Source: Haplodiscus bocki
Taxonomy: Eukaryota
NCBI GenBank assembly: GCA_965655095.1
Contig: OZ296654.1
Span: 86,552,001 to 86,616,000 of the forward strand
Direction: 5' to 3'
DNA: 64,000 nucleotides
A model generated the notes under the pieces. The model made no database searches, was not told the DNA's origin, and was given only the letters and a program-made list of their open reading frames with translations. The translations under genes and the position numbers were made by a program. Below are positions 1 through 11,064 of the stretch, piece by piece (the stretch's first letter is position 1; every line of letters starts with the position of its first letter).

Positions 1-2450
1 TAGTTCTTTTTTTGTGTGCCGTTAATCGATCAATCAGATTCGTGTAAAAAGTACAATAGAGCGTTCAGATTATTAAGAGAAAGCCGTAAGGAAGTCAAAA
101 TATTTAAACAACTCAATAAGAAGTCCAAATTGCGTATATTATGTGATGTTAGCCTCGAAAGACTAGGAGCAGCAGGAGCAGTGTTAGTGTCATTAGCAAT
201 AGATTGGTGGAAACCAGTAACTTATACATCAAAAAACCTGAAGAGCTTGAAAAAAAAATTGTTTTTCAAGCTTGAAATTTTGGTGTTACTTTGGGCAGTG
301 ATATTCTTCCACAATATTGCTCTAGGACTTTGACGAATAATTGACCGTAAGTTCTTGGTTGGCGTGCTGTAAAGGAAGATTGGGAAAAATACCTATTCCA
401 ATCGGTTAACATGATGATGAATAAAGTTTTTTACCTGTAATTTCCAAACGAATCAAGACCGAAGCCAAACTTTGGGATTAGTTAAAAAATTTAGGCTGCC
501 TGGAAAACCAGCGAACAAAATATCTGATCAAAACAATTAAACTGTGGAGTTTCTCGCTCACGGTTCTCTCGGTATTGGAAATGAAAAAAAAATGTTAATT
601 GAACAAATTATACGGACCAATCAACACACTGAATGAAAAGGCAAAAACAAACAGGAAAGATTCCATCGAAGAATCACAGAATTGCTGCACAAAAAAAAAT
701 GCAGTTCAGCAGTTGAGGAAACTTTCTCCTTTTGAAACAGTTTTTTGCCTGAGGAAAAAACACTCAGACAAAAAACTATTTCAAAAGGAGAAAGACTCAA
801 AACTAAGGATGTCATCAAGTTTGACTTCTTCCGAAAGTTACGAAAGTAGAGAGAGTGTTTGTAGAGTCGGGAAGGCATCTGAGGTCTATTTCAAAATGGA
901 GAGACAATGAATGAAATTACACTCAAAAGTCAAACATTTAGAAGATGTTAGCAATGGGCCATGTGAAGTGATTTGCGAGGTTATCAGTGAATTGTTGGCA
1001 GTGATCATGGCGGTCAAAGAAGTTAAACAGTCAGCACTGAAGAAAAGAAATTAAAAGTTACATCATCGGATGTTCACGGATTTGAAAATTGAAGAGAGCT
1101 TCTTCAATACAATGACAGACAAATTACACCAAAACTTTTTACGCGTTCTGTTTTGAACATTATCCACTAACGAAATCCATATTGAGACGCAAAACCAATA
1201 TTGGTAGCGGATATCTGTTGGTTGGAAGTTCATTGACAGAGTGTTTCAGAGGCAAAAGTCGCAAGGAATGTAGAAATGCATTTACGAAATTCAAAGATTT
1301 AAAAAGGCAAAGTCGGTTGTCAGTTGAGGAAATGATCCCAAGTTACTGAGATAACTCAAGTTTTAGCGCTGGGTTTTGTACTTTTGAGGCCCTTTTCGAA
1401 AAATCAGAGGAATTTGATTCAGTGAAAAAATATAGGTTTTTAGCGAGGAAAACAACACAATTTGGTGGAAACTATTTGTAGGTACATAGGAAAAGTTATT
1501 GTAGTTTCTTTCAATCACTATTGCCCAACAAAATCTTTTCACTTGGACAAGGGCTCAGTTTATTGAGGAAAAATTATGTACTTTTTGTAACAAATTTTCA
1601 TCATGCGTGAGGCATTACTATCAAGGAAACGGAAAAGCGGCATGACCAATAGGAACAATGATTGAACGACTATGAACCAATCCGCAGATTGCTTGGGATA
1701 AAAATGACTGCATATTGTCTTATGAAATGTAAGGAGCGTTACGCAGTGCGCAGAAGAAAGAGGGAGATGCCGATTTGAAATGCAATTTCCACTGGATATG
1801 TGGATATGAACAAAATGAAAACGATAAACTTTGACCAAATTAGGTTCCAAAGTAAAAAACAATTTGTTTGAAGCAGCGGTACTGGGGTTGAAACAAAATT
1901 TAGGGACTTCTGACGTGGTAAAGTTTGCACTGTGTGGGTAAGGTTGACCATGATACCGGGCAACCCGAGCCGCATGTTCTTGAAGAAAATGGGACGAAGG
2001 GTATCAGCAAAAAAACCAAAGGAAGAGGGAAAACTTTTTCTCTCAAAAAAAGACGTGGTGGAGGATGCAAGCAAGGTGAAGAGCATGGGGCGGAAATTAG
2101 ATCTACCGAAAATTTTAATACAAATGAAGGGAGAAGAATCACTAAAACGATTGAGATCTGAAGTGGTCAAAGACGATTCGGGGAAATTTTTTACTAGGTT
2201 TGACCATTTTGAAACTCTTGGACCTAAACGCCAGGGCAACTGTGCTTTATCTAGACAATAGTGGTTGGAAAGTAGAAAAGGAAAAATCTTCCGATTTTTG
2301 AGAGCCTCAGACTTTTTTGGTAAGCAGACATGATGAAGAAAAATGGAAAAGCCCTGGAATAACGGAATGTACCCTTTCGAAAGAAAAATTGAAATTGAAT
2401 CATTGCAAACACTTAAACTGGAACAAAATTTCCAGTGATGTTTACCCTTT
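1..2450 (+). pseudogene. Decayed Ty3/gypsy LTR-retrotransposon pol (RNase H, degraded integrase region), truncated by the window start
   Basis: ORF 16-333 reads LRILCDVSLERLGAAGAVL...WKPVTYTSK.L...KLEILVLLWAVIFF, matching the gypsy RNase H pattern CDAS..GLGAVL...PV.YASR.L...ELE.LA..WA..F. An xPGK motif lies near 495-505. Downstream frames are broken by stops and frameshifts. Confidence 0.7.
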
Positions 2451-2531
2451 ATTATAACACTTATCAACTTATAGTTGTGTTTGTTACAATTGCGTTCTCT
2501 GATGAAAAAATCAAATGGTTTTGTTTTTTTT

Positions 2532-2740
2532 GGGGGGGGGGGGGGGAGTGTCCTAAGCTGCCATTTTTATACCGCATCTGAGATAGAATAGCACCATAGT
2601 TTTGCTGACACATGTTAATAAATATTAAGTGTCTGTTCTAACCCTAATTTTGATGCAAGTTGTCGAACGAGCCTTGAAATGAGAACGTTCTTTTAAAACA
2701 AACTCTGTACCTGGTGACCTCCCTTTTACTACCTAATGAG
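2532..2740 (+). repeat. Putative polypurine tract (2532-2548) and start of the 3' LTR (TGT at 2549) of the gypsy element
   Basis: G15-AG run immediately followed by TGT, downstream of the pol remnant; AATAAA at ~2617. The LTR end cannot be defined. Confidence 0.45.
2735..2740. repeat. 6-bp target-site duplication (AATGAG; partner AATGTG at 15433-15438)
   Basis: 5/6 match directly outside both termini; 6-bp TSDs are typical of Polinton integrases. Confidence 0.8.
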
Positions 2741-3718
2741 GGTAGTGTATAAAACAGAAAATGACACCAGCCCCGCCGCGTCCACCAATTTAACGGCCAA
2801 TTTTTACGGCCAAGTTGTACGGCTGAAATGTACGACTAAGTTGTACGGCTAAGCGAACGCAGACTCAAAATTTAAAATAAAAGTTATCAATGGGGGTACA
2901 CAGGAATAAAAATTAAATTTTCTAAAAAAATATTTCAAAAAGTTTTATCAATAGGTGTACACAGGAATGAGCGAAAAATTTTCAACTGATTTTTTGTTCT
3001 AAAAACACATGAAAACTTTTCTATTTACATAATCAAAGAAGTAACAAAAATTTTACACATACCATACACAGTTACATTGTAAAACCAATAATGTCGACAT
3101 AATACAATACACGCATACACGGGACTGAAAAATTTTACTACCGATTATGTCAACATAATACATGAGACTGAAAAATACTACTAGCAATTATGTCGACATA
3201 GTAAAACATACACATACACGAGATTGAAAAAATTATGTCGACATAACAGAATATGTGTATTTATTCTAATTTCTCTCTTTCTGTTTTGTCTGCTATAGCC
3301 TAGTGGTTTTTGTGACATCGGCTAAAGTTAAGGCTATGCTTGAGTGGTAGTCATAGTGTTTGGGGTTCACTTTTAGCCAACGTCCCCCTGCCTTTGTAAT
3401 CATCATGCATAAAAGCTATATGAAACTCTAACAGGAATGCTTACTCGTGTTTGCTAGAAAGTTTGCCAGTGGGGTTTTGTAAAAAGGTATTTTTGTTGTC
3501 TTTCTCCTCCTAAAATATATATTTAGATTAAACATATCTTTTCTTTTCTAATTTTTCTTTCATTTTTACAATCATTCGTTAGTAATTTTTCCAAGGTTTC
3601 TTTCAATTTTACTTCCATAACATCGTTTGTCATCTAATTGTGATAGTGTAGATCCTTTTATGAGTTGAATATACATTTCCTGGTTAAGTGATCGAGTAAT
3701 ATAATTATGACATTCTGT
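2741..3718. repeat. Left terminal inverted repeat of the Maverick
   Basis: Reverse complement of ~14505-15432. Core 2851-3486 differs from 14713-15348 by about 6 substitutions (by eye); outer and inner parts are more diverged. Confidence 0.95.
3088..3247. promoter_or_regulatory. Four ~16-bp palindromes (consensus ATTATGTCGACATAAT) in ~45-55-bp tandem units inside the TIR (mirrored at ~14952-15111)
   Basis: Copies at 3088, 3144, 3187 and 3232, separated by ACAYGRGAYTGAAAAA-containing linkers. The repeats are seen directly; a regulatory function is inferred. Confidence 0.6.
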
Positions 3719-4790
3719 TTGATAGTTTTCTCCGCCTAAACATTTTTAATATTCCTCAAATTCAACTTTTTTCCATTGAGACTTAGAAAAACCTTTTAAC
3801 TTGCTTTCACTAATATCTCTACATTTAAACGCATGCATTTTACTACTTAGACAGATGAATTCATCAATCCAAATGTTTTAAGGAGTTTCTTTTTTAAATT
3901 TACCAATCACTTTTTGTTTCCATTACTAAAACCTTCATGATTTTCATTCAAACTGCTGAAAACAAATCAGTCTTCAAGATTTTTTAAGTCTTTTATAATA
4001 TGTTTTGTATATATACATAATATGAAACTATCAGTATCCTTAAGATGTAATTGAAGATTCTCTAGTCCAGTTTATGAATGTAATTTATCATATTAAGTTT
4101 CATAGATTAATAAATTGCTAAATTCCAGTACTGCAATTCCAAGATGAATTGGTTCATCCATAAGAACTTCGTTTTTTTTTAATTGTAAAAGTCTCATAGA
4201 TTGTATAAGGTTTATGAATTCCACTGAATGTTAATTTTGATAGTTGTTTACAAATTTTATCATTACCATACTTTTTTATTTTTTCTATTTCTGCTCTTTC
4301 TCTAACATTTTCCATTGTTTTTCCATAAAATGAGTAATTGAGTGGTTTACAGAAGTCTCTTTCAAAATCATTTCTCGCGAAATTTCTCTTTTGTGTATTA
4401 AAATTGATATTTTTCTCTAATCATTTTTTTTGTTTAAATGAAATTAACTCTCGAATGTTTTCAACTATCATACCTTGTCCAACATAAATTTTTAACATCC
4501 TTTAATGAATCATATAAATCTTTCTATCACTCCAACCCTAGAAAAATTTTTTAGTTATTGTATAAGTATCTGGTTTATTTTTTTTCATATATGGAGTGAA
4601 ACTATCAAGATTAATTTTTCCATTTTCAGGAGCAAATGGAAAATGTTTTACTTTTTCCCTAAATTCATCAAAAAAATCTAAATCAGTTTCAACGAAAGAA
4701 CCAATATCACTATCATCGGGAGTATTTAATAAATTGGGAGTATTTTTTAATATATACAAAAAGGTACAAAATATATTTTTTGTATTTTTC
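3570..4790 (-). pseudogene. Protein-primed family B DNA polymerase, C-terminal part only
   Basis: GSFVETDLDF...FPFAPE (4538-4759 ORF); motif B NDFERDFCKPLNYSFYGKTMENVR (~4300-4372); motif C LKDTDSF (~4024-4045); C-terminal TLSQLDDKRCY (~3615-3650). Exonuclease and motif A regions are absent. Confidence 0.92.
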
Positions 4791-4829
4791 GACTGAGATT
4801 TTGTTTATATATAATTTTTTTAAATGGAT

Positions 4830-5090
4830 ATATAATTTATGGAAATCATTAACTTCATATAATTGATACAAAAGTATACAAAGGCAGAATGTTTTCTAAT
4901 CAGCATATTTTAATCTAGTAATAGAATTTATATTCTTCCTTGAAATTTTACTAGGTTGATTTTTTCGCTTTTCTACAATGTATCCACATGAAAGAAAAGT
5001 AAATTCATATTTATATGGCAATAAGCATTATCGATTACAATGTTTACAATGTTTGCAAAGAGTATCAGATCTTTTTAATAATTTCATCTT
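4830..5090 (-). pseudogene. Small Cys-rich ORF remnant
   Basis: MKLLKRSDTLCKHCKHCNR*CLLPYKYEFTFLSCGY; contains in-frame stops. Confidence 0.4.
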
Positions 5091-5124
5091 CAGTTAGTTC
5101 TATTTGTTAGGTAATATTTTATTC

Positions 5125-5977
5125 ACTTAAGTTTGTTTCGTTTATAACTTATTACTTGATTATTTTCTTCAAGAGTTGAACTTGTTGCTCTTAATAGATT
5201 CTCTTTATATCTTTCTGGTGAAAAGTTGATGCAATAGCTATGGATTGTGTTATGTGTGACTTCATAATTTGTACATAATTTATAATTCCACTTCGTACTA
5301 TCAATGTTACTGAAAACTCTTTTGATATCAGCTGTGCGAACGGATTGTCCTAATTTATATTCTGGTTACTGTTTCTGTCTTTTGTCTTGGAGATTTGAAT
5401 AGACTTGTTTTTCACTAGTTTTTCCACTGGCTTGAATTGGAGTCATTTTTTTGAATGTTGTATAATACTATTGTATTGTTTAATAACAGACGGTAATTCA
5501 CTTAAGCAATCAGAACTTCGTTTTTCAAATACTGGTTTCTTTAATAACTTCCTTATAGTTCTATTAACCCTTTTTTAAATTGAGGGTCCCTTATCAGTAA
5601 ATCGTGAATAAGGATGAATTTTTTTAACTTTCAAGAAAATTTGAAAAATAATATCGTATAATTCCTTCCCTCTATCGCTTTCTATTTTATAAGGTCTTCA
5701 TTTCGATGTTGCTAGAATGTTTGAAAACTCGTCTGTTAGTGTTTAATTGTTCTTTTTTTAACGTAACAAACCAAGTATTTATTGAGCAAATGTCGATTAC
5801 GAAGAATATATACCTCAATTCATTGCTATTTGACAGTTTACAATCTGAAAAATCTGCTTAATCGATACTCCATATTTCAGTGATATGATTATAAATTTAT
5901 TTCTTAGTTGGATAAAGTTTTTTAAGTGGTTTACTATAATATTTATCATTGATGATCTTCGTTGAATCTTGCTTCAT
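5125..5977 (-). pseudogene. Maverick retroviral-like (rve) integrase
   Basis: EIWSID*ADF; RPYKIESDRGKELY; HPYSRFTDKGPSI*KRVNRTIR; HSKKMTPIQAS; YKLGQSVRTAD. These match the DDE core and C-terminal motifs of Polinton integrases, with stops and frameshifts. Confidence 0.92.
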
Positions 5978-6500
5978 TTAGCCTAATTAATTGATAGGTT
6001 TTAATAAATTGTAGTTGATTTTCTAAGAAATTAATTCTTATTCCCTTTTGCTGATAAACTTATTTCAGTAATGGTCGAGTTTTTTCCAACGGAAAGCCTC
6101 TTTTCTTTCATATTTATTGGATACATCAAATAAGCAAACAGGCTTTACATGACCAATTTTTAAATTCAACCACTTCATCTCTGGAGTCATTTGATATTCA
6201 ATCCATTTTCTAAAAGTATCATTATTTATTCCTAAAAATTTTTTTGTGGAACATAATTTCGATTTACCGTTCAATGCATCATGAATCCTACATCCTGTAA
6301 CATTGATCAAACGAAAATTGACATCAGTTTCCTTTCTTTTCCAACAACGAAACAAACTTTCTCCTTTTTTCTGTTTTTTGCACTATAGTTTTTCTTTTAC
6401 TTTCTCACTTTTTCAGGATATTTTTATTTCAATCCTTTGTTTTTTGAGAACTTTTATCATATTTCGTTGTCGTGTAATAATCTTTCATACAACTTTTTCA
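5950..6500 (-). pseudogene. HNH-like endonuclease of the giant-virus/phage type
   Basis: KRKETDVNFRLI...RIHDALNGKSKLCSTKKFLG...FRKWIEYQMTPEMKWLNLKIGHVKPVCLFD...AFRWK, then after a frameshift TRPLLK*VYQQKG. This fits the pattern M.W.N...HIDHI.P...FD...F...NLQPL....N..K. A Lys-rich N-terminal extension lies upstream. Confidence 0.7.
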
Positions 6501-6529
6501 GAGTGTTTTTTGTGTTTTTCATTGTAATT

Positions 6530-6895
6530 TTGAATCTTGCTCATTCCAATTGAAACTATCTTGGAGTAAAAGTAGTTTGTTTCTGACAATTACATCTTGG
6601 GTTTGAACAATGATCATGCAATTTAACTATATCACCTTTACTATTTAAGTCACACCATGAAGAATTTGACATTCATGAACCATGGTTGTTTTTCCTTTTT
6701 TCATAAAAATTTCTCGGCGTGTCATTTACTTAGTAAAAATTTGTCGTTTATTTCGACCACAATTACTGCAAGAACCTTTGATAATATTAACAAGTTTTTG
6801 ATTTTAAGGGTTTGTTTTTTCATATATGTTTTGCTTCATAGTATGAGAAGAAAGACGACCTCCCAAGCAAAAAATTGTTTTTGATTTAAACCCAT
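6530..6895 (-). pseudogene. Two small tandem Cys-rich ORFs (starts at 6895 and 6725)
   Basis: First: FCLGGR...VNIIKGSCSNCGRNKRQIFTK* (DUF5679-like Zn ribbon). Second: WCDLNSKGDIVKLHDHCSNPRCNCQKQTTFTP. Confidence 0.5.
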
Positions 6896-7603
6896 TTAAT
6901 TACTAAAACCCATATTCGGTAGAAGCACTCGGTTGAACATCAATATTTTTTTTCTTTCTAGGTTTGAAAAAAATTATATTTTTACAAAAGTTAATACTCA
7001 CATTAAAATGGCTAAAATACTATTTATTTTAGTTATTTGTTCTGGTGAAAGGGAATCGTTACTTATGTTTTCAGCAAAAATATCTTCTACTTTGAAATCC
7101 GTATTCTTCATAACTCATTTTCGGTAATCAAGATAATGAGTTTTAATTTTTTTTCCAATTCCAAAACTGCTTTTTCAGCTATCTTCTTATCTATCATCGA
7201 TTGTTTCAAATAATTACTCATAAAACAAACTAATTACATTTTTCCAACCTCTTAATTTAGCATCTCTTATTTTTTTTTAATTTATTCATTCGTTCTTAAG
7301 ATATTATCAGATGTAAATAGTCCAGTACAACTAGTTGTTACTAGACCATTGTTTGGATTTAATAATGACAATCTGGACGTACTCATAGATGATACTGATA
7401 CTAAAAAAATTTCAGTGATAAAAAAAACTTTATTTTTTCAAACTTTTATACTTCTTCTGATACTAATCATTATGAATTTTAAGTGATTCTAAAATAATTT
7501 CATCATCGTGCTTTTTTTGTTCTTTTTTCAATTCTTTAATATAATCATGTTTGTTTTTTATTTTTATTAAGTCTGGATCATTGTTTATATTTGGATAAGC
7601 CAT
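6896..7603 (-). pseudogene. Hypothetical Maverick protein with coiled-coil and hydrophobic segments
   Basis: Starts MAYPNINNDPDLIKIK and ends NMGFSN* abutting the next ATG; several frameshifts. Confidence 0.45.
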
Positions 7604-7623
7604 TTTTTATTAGACGGAAAATA

Positions 7624-8069
7624 CTATTCTATTAATGATACAGCGACAAACTCTTTTAATATTCTTTGCCTAGGTATTCTTTCCAGAGCATGATCCTTTG
7701 TTATATTTATTTCATCATCAGTAAGTTTGCCTTGTTTTAATATGTCCGGACCTGTTAGTGATAATAATAGTATCAACGATCGTTTATGTCTAACATCTTC
7801 ACACATTTTAGCAAAGTCATGCTCCATTTACTTATTCAAAACCTTTTCCAAATAGATTCCTCTTCATTTTTATTAAAATTTAAGTCTTCTCCATTAAGTT
7901 CCATTAGAAAATCTTCAAACTCTAAACAAAGACGACTATATCACTTTTTGAATACCCACACTGGGCTAATAAGTCAGCATCTTTTTTAAATAAAAACAAT
8001 AATTTTACAATAATTTCTACAATAAGGTATTGATTCGAATAAATCTTTAAAATAATTTTCATGATCCAT
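7624..8069 (-). CDS. Two small hypothetical ORFs (8069-7828 frameshifted; 7827-7624 intact, 67 aa)
   Basis: MDHENYFKDLFESIP... and MEHDFAKMCEDVRHKRSLILLL...; each begins directly after the previous TAA. Confidence 0.5.
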
Positions 8070-9387
8070 TTAATATACAGAATGTGTTTTTGTAATACTA
8101 ATAAAGCGCATATCAGCATGAGGAGTATATATTTAATCATATATCAAATTAATACCATAACTTTTTACAGTAAAATTTAAGCTAACCAAAGTCCATTTAG
8201 TTGATGAATTGCTATGCCGAAATTTTTGAGGTTAATTATATCTAGTTGACCAAGTATTATCTTCTAATATTAGTTGATTTCCAAAACGACCCATCGATTT
8301 TAGCGAATCATTTGTTAAAATTGAAAACATTTTATAATAGAAAGTTATATTAGAAAGTTAGAAATATTCAGTTCTTTCGGAGTAAACGTACACATTGTCC
8401 CTCTGGTTGCCAGAGCTTGTTTCTATATACAAAAAACGATCCCCAATGGGAAGTAAAGAAATACCTTCAGAAGCACCTGTTGGACTGTTTGTTTTTGTTG
8501 CTTTTGTATGAATTTGTTTTTTACCATTGTTATTTTTATCATTACTATTTATTTTCCAGTATTGTAATAGATATCCACCACTAGTTGGATAAATATTAAT
8601 AGTTGTAACTGTAACTTGTATTTTATAAATATTTCATGAGATCATAAGCATCATTTCCAACAGATACTTTGAGATAGTTTTGCAGTGTTTGATAAAAATC
8701 TAAGAACAGTAATTTTATGTGAATCATCATCAACATTTTTTTATTTGCTAGTTCACTATCTGAGCTTGGGTTTCTATTATTCGTAATACCAATTAGGTTA
8801 GTTATTTTATTATTACCAATTCCATTGTTTTGATCGTTGAGTATTAATAAGAAGTCTCTTCTATTTCTACTGTTTTCATATCAGCTATCAATATATGATT
8901 TGGTAGGCAATTCTGTTATCGTTTTCAGTGATCTTAAAGCAGAATTGAGAATTATAGAATCTTGTTCACCTAATTTTGATTTTTGATCACGATTTAATCT
9001 TCATATAGAAGAATCAGCCACGCGATAAAAAACTACTTCATCAACGTAAAATTTTGGTGTAAGGTGTTCTCGGACAGCATGTAAACTATTTACTTTGTCA
9101 AAACGAACATTATAAAGATTTTTATCGTTAAAGTCTACATATGCAGTGTTTCGTATTATACTACAATCAATTAAACCACTATCAATATAAGTTTTTTTAG
9201 CAGCATATGTATTTTTTACAGGACAAGGTAATTTCCTATTTTTAAATTGATTTTTCATGTGAATATCTTCTTCTTTAGATTCTAGATAATTGGTCCTCAA
9301 ATAGGGTTTTTGTACGAATATACTGGTATCAACTTTAATACCATAATCTTGTGAGGAACACCTATTACCAAATACATTTATCGGCAT
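8070..9387 (-). pseudogene. Putative virion fibre/spike-like protein
   Basis: Repeated motifs DIHMKNQFKNRKLPCP...AAKKTYID, DFNDKNLYNV...LTPKFYVD, ELPTKSYID and ELANKKNVD resemble the D..N..I.NL..P....DAATK.YVD repeats of phage/viral tail fibres. Followed by a beta-rich C-terminal region ending THSVY*. Confidence 0.55.
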
Positions 9388-9399
9388 ATTTATATACCC

Positions 9400-9790
9400 A
9401 AAATACGTTTTTAAAATAGCATCAAAAAATTTCTTTCTTTCTATTAGACAGAAAATTTAATAACAATAGATACCACATAACTTACTATATATATCTTGTA
9501 TTCTATAATTTTGATAAAAGAATGCTTTAGGTAATTGGTTTAGTAAAAATTGATCTGGTTGACCACCAGGTGAATCAAAGTAATATGATTCGTTTTTTAA
9601 ATATAGAAACACACCCAATGAGTCCTTCCCATACCAGCTTTACCAATATTAACAAACCTTTTATCAGAAGATATTTTTGAATCACTAGGATTTATAGGAT
9701 AATTATAAATTCTTTGTAATTCACTCTCATTCATAGTATCTTTTTTCAAAACAATTTTTTTCATAAAAACTTTTAAAATAAGTGGAGTCT
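9400..9790 (-). pseudogene. Adenain-like cysteine maturation protease
   Basis: FVNIGKAGMGRTHWVCFY...SYYFDSPGGQP...IQDIYSKL, i.e. the H, D and Q/C motifs GTHW..., YFDSFG, Q...S..CG. Confidence 0.88.
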
Positions 9791-9793
9791 TTT

Positions 9794-10894
9794 TTATGTA
9801 ATATTAACCTGAGTAATTTCATTCCCATCCGATATCATCTTATTTTCTCTATGCCTGATAATTATTTTAAACAATCGAGCATTATTAGTAACACCTCTAT
9901 ATACTTCAAATAGTCGAACTTTCTGGGGATTACTATGATCACGTTGAAATCTAAGATCAATGACTTGAATTGGATATTTATTTTTCATATCAGTATAACT
10001 TATAAAAACTTCAAGTAGTTCCTCTCCAACGTACATTTAATAAATTAATTTAAGATGTCTATATCGATCAATACAATCATTAGAAGTGTTATGAAATTTA
10101 ACACCATCTCGTGGATATCCCACACCATCGATGTGAACATGATATTTTCTCATATTCAGATTGTCAAAACCAACGATATTGTTTGCTTTGTTTGGAACTC
10201 CTACTCTAACAGCTGTCTGATGAGCCACTATAGATATCTTGGAGATTTTTTTGAGCACTCCCAATATCCACTTGGTATTGTAACTGAGTATCAATTGTTT
10301 TTCTATCCGTACTCTATAGAATCAAATGATAAAGTAAATCTATTTTCAATAGAATCATTAAACATTATTTTTGTTTCAAGATTCCGGATGATTCTTGGAA
10401 CTTACAGAATTAATTTATCAAAGTTTATTTTAGTATTATCACCCAGTATTGCATGAAACGTATCTTGTATATCAGCTCTTTTGAAAGTTAGATGAATTCC
10501 TAACTGTTTAAAATTTTTTAAATTGTTCTACAAAATCCAAAATTATGTTCTAGGGGAGAACTAATTCTCCTTCAATTTTATTTTCGTTCGCAGCTGCGTC
10601 ATGATCGTTAATGAGTAGATGTTTAAGAGTCGTATTTTGGACTTGAACTTGAGGTTCATCAATTTTATCAAAGTGAGATAATAAATCTCAATCATTGCTT
10701 GTTAAAGCTCTCATAATAGTTGAAAGATGACCCACATAACTTTTAAGTTCTATGTCTGAACCTCCTGTAGTTGACAACCTCGTTTCTTTAAAACAGTATG
10801 CAAAAGCGTTATTTACTAATTTAATAGCAAACTAATTTAAGATTGAATCATCAATTGTTTCATTGTCTATAAAATGGAAACCTTCAAGGCTCAT
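9794..10894 (-). pseudogene. Major capsid protein (double jelly-roll, Polinton PY type)
   Basis: MSLEGFHFIDNETIDDSI...LVNNAFAYCFKETRLSTTGGSDIE...GHLSTIMR; FDNLNMRKYHVHIDGVGYPRD; KNKYPIQVIDLRFQ. Frameshifted. Confidence 0.85.
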
Positions 10895-11064
10895 TTATAT
10901 AATAAAGAACCATTTCCTAATAAAAGTTGGTGTTCAAAATTTTGTAAATTTGGAAATAATTGAGATTCATTATTTTCATATTTATGATTAGGTTTTTGTC
11001 TGTTTTTTTTTTTTAAATATATTCTTGGTTTTATTAGTGTCTTTGGCTTTTATTAGGTATAAAT

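Noticed and set aside
1739-2467. Longest ORF in the track (242 aa, minus strand)
   Set aside because: Antisense to the purine-rich gypsy remnant, Phe/Ser-rich, with no recognisable motif; likely a shadow ORF.
3088-3247. Palindromic repeats with short spacers resembling a mini-CRISPR array
   Set aside because: The spacers are homologous to each other, the array lies in a Maverick TIR and is mirrored at the other end, and there are no cas genes in this eukaryotic context.
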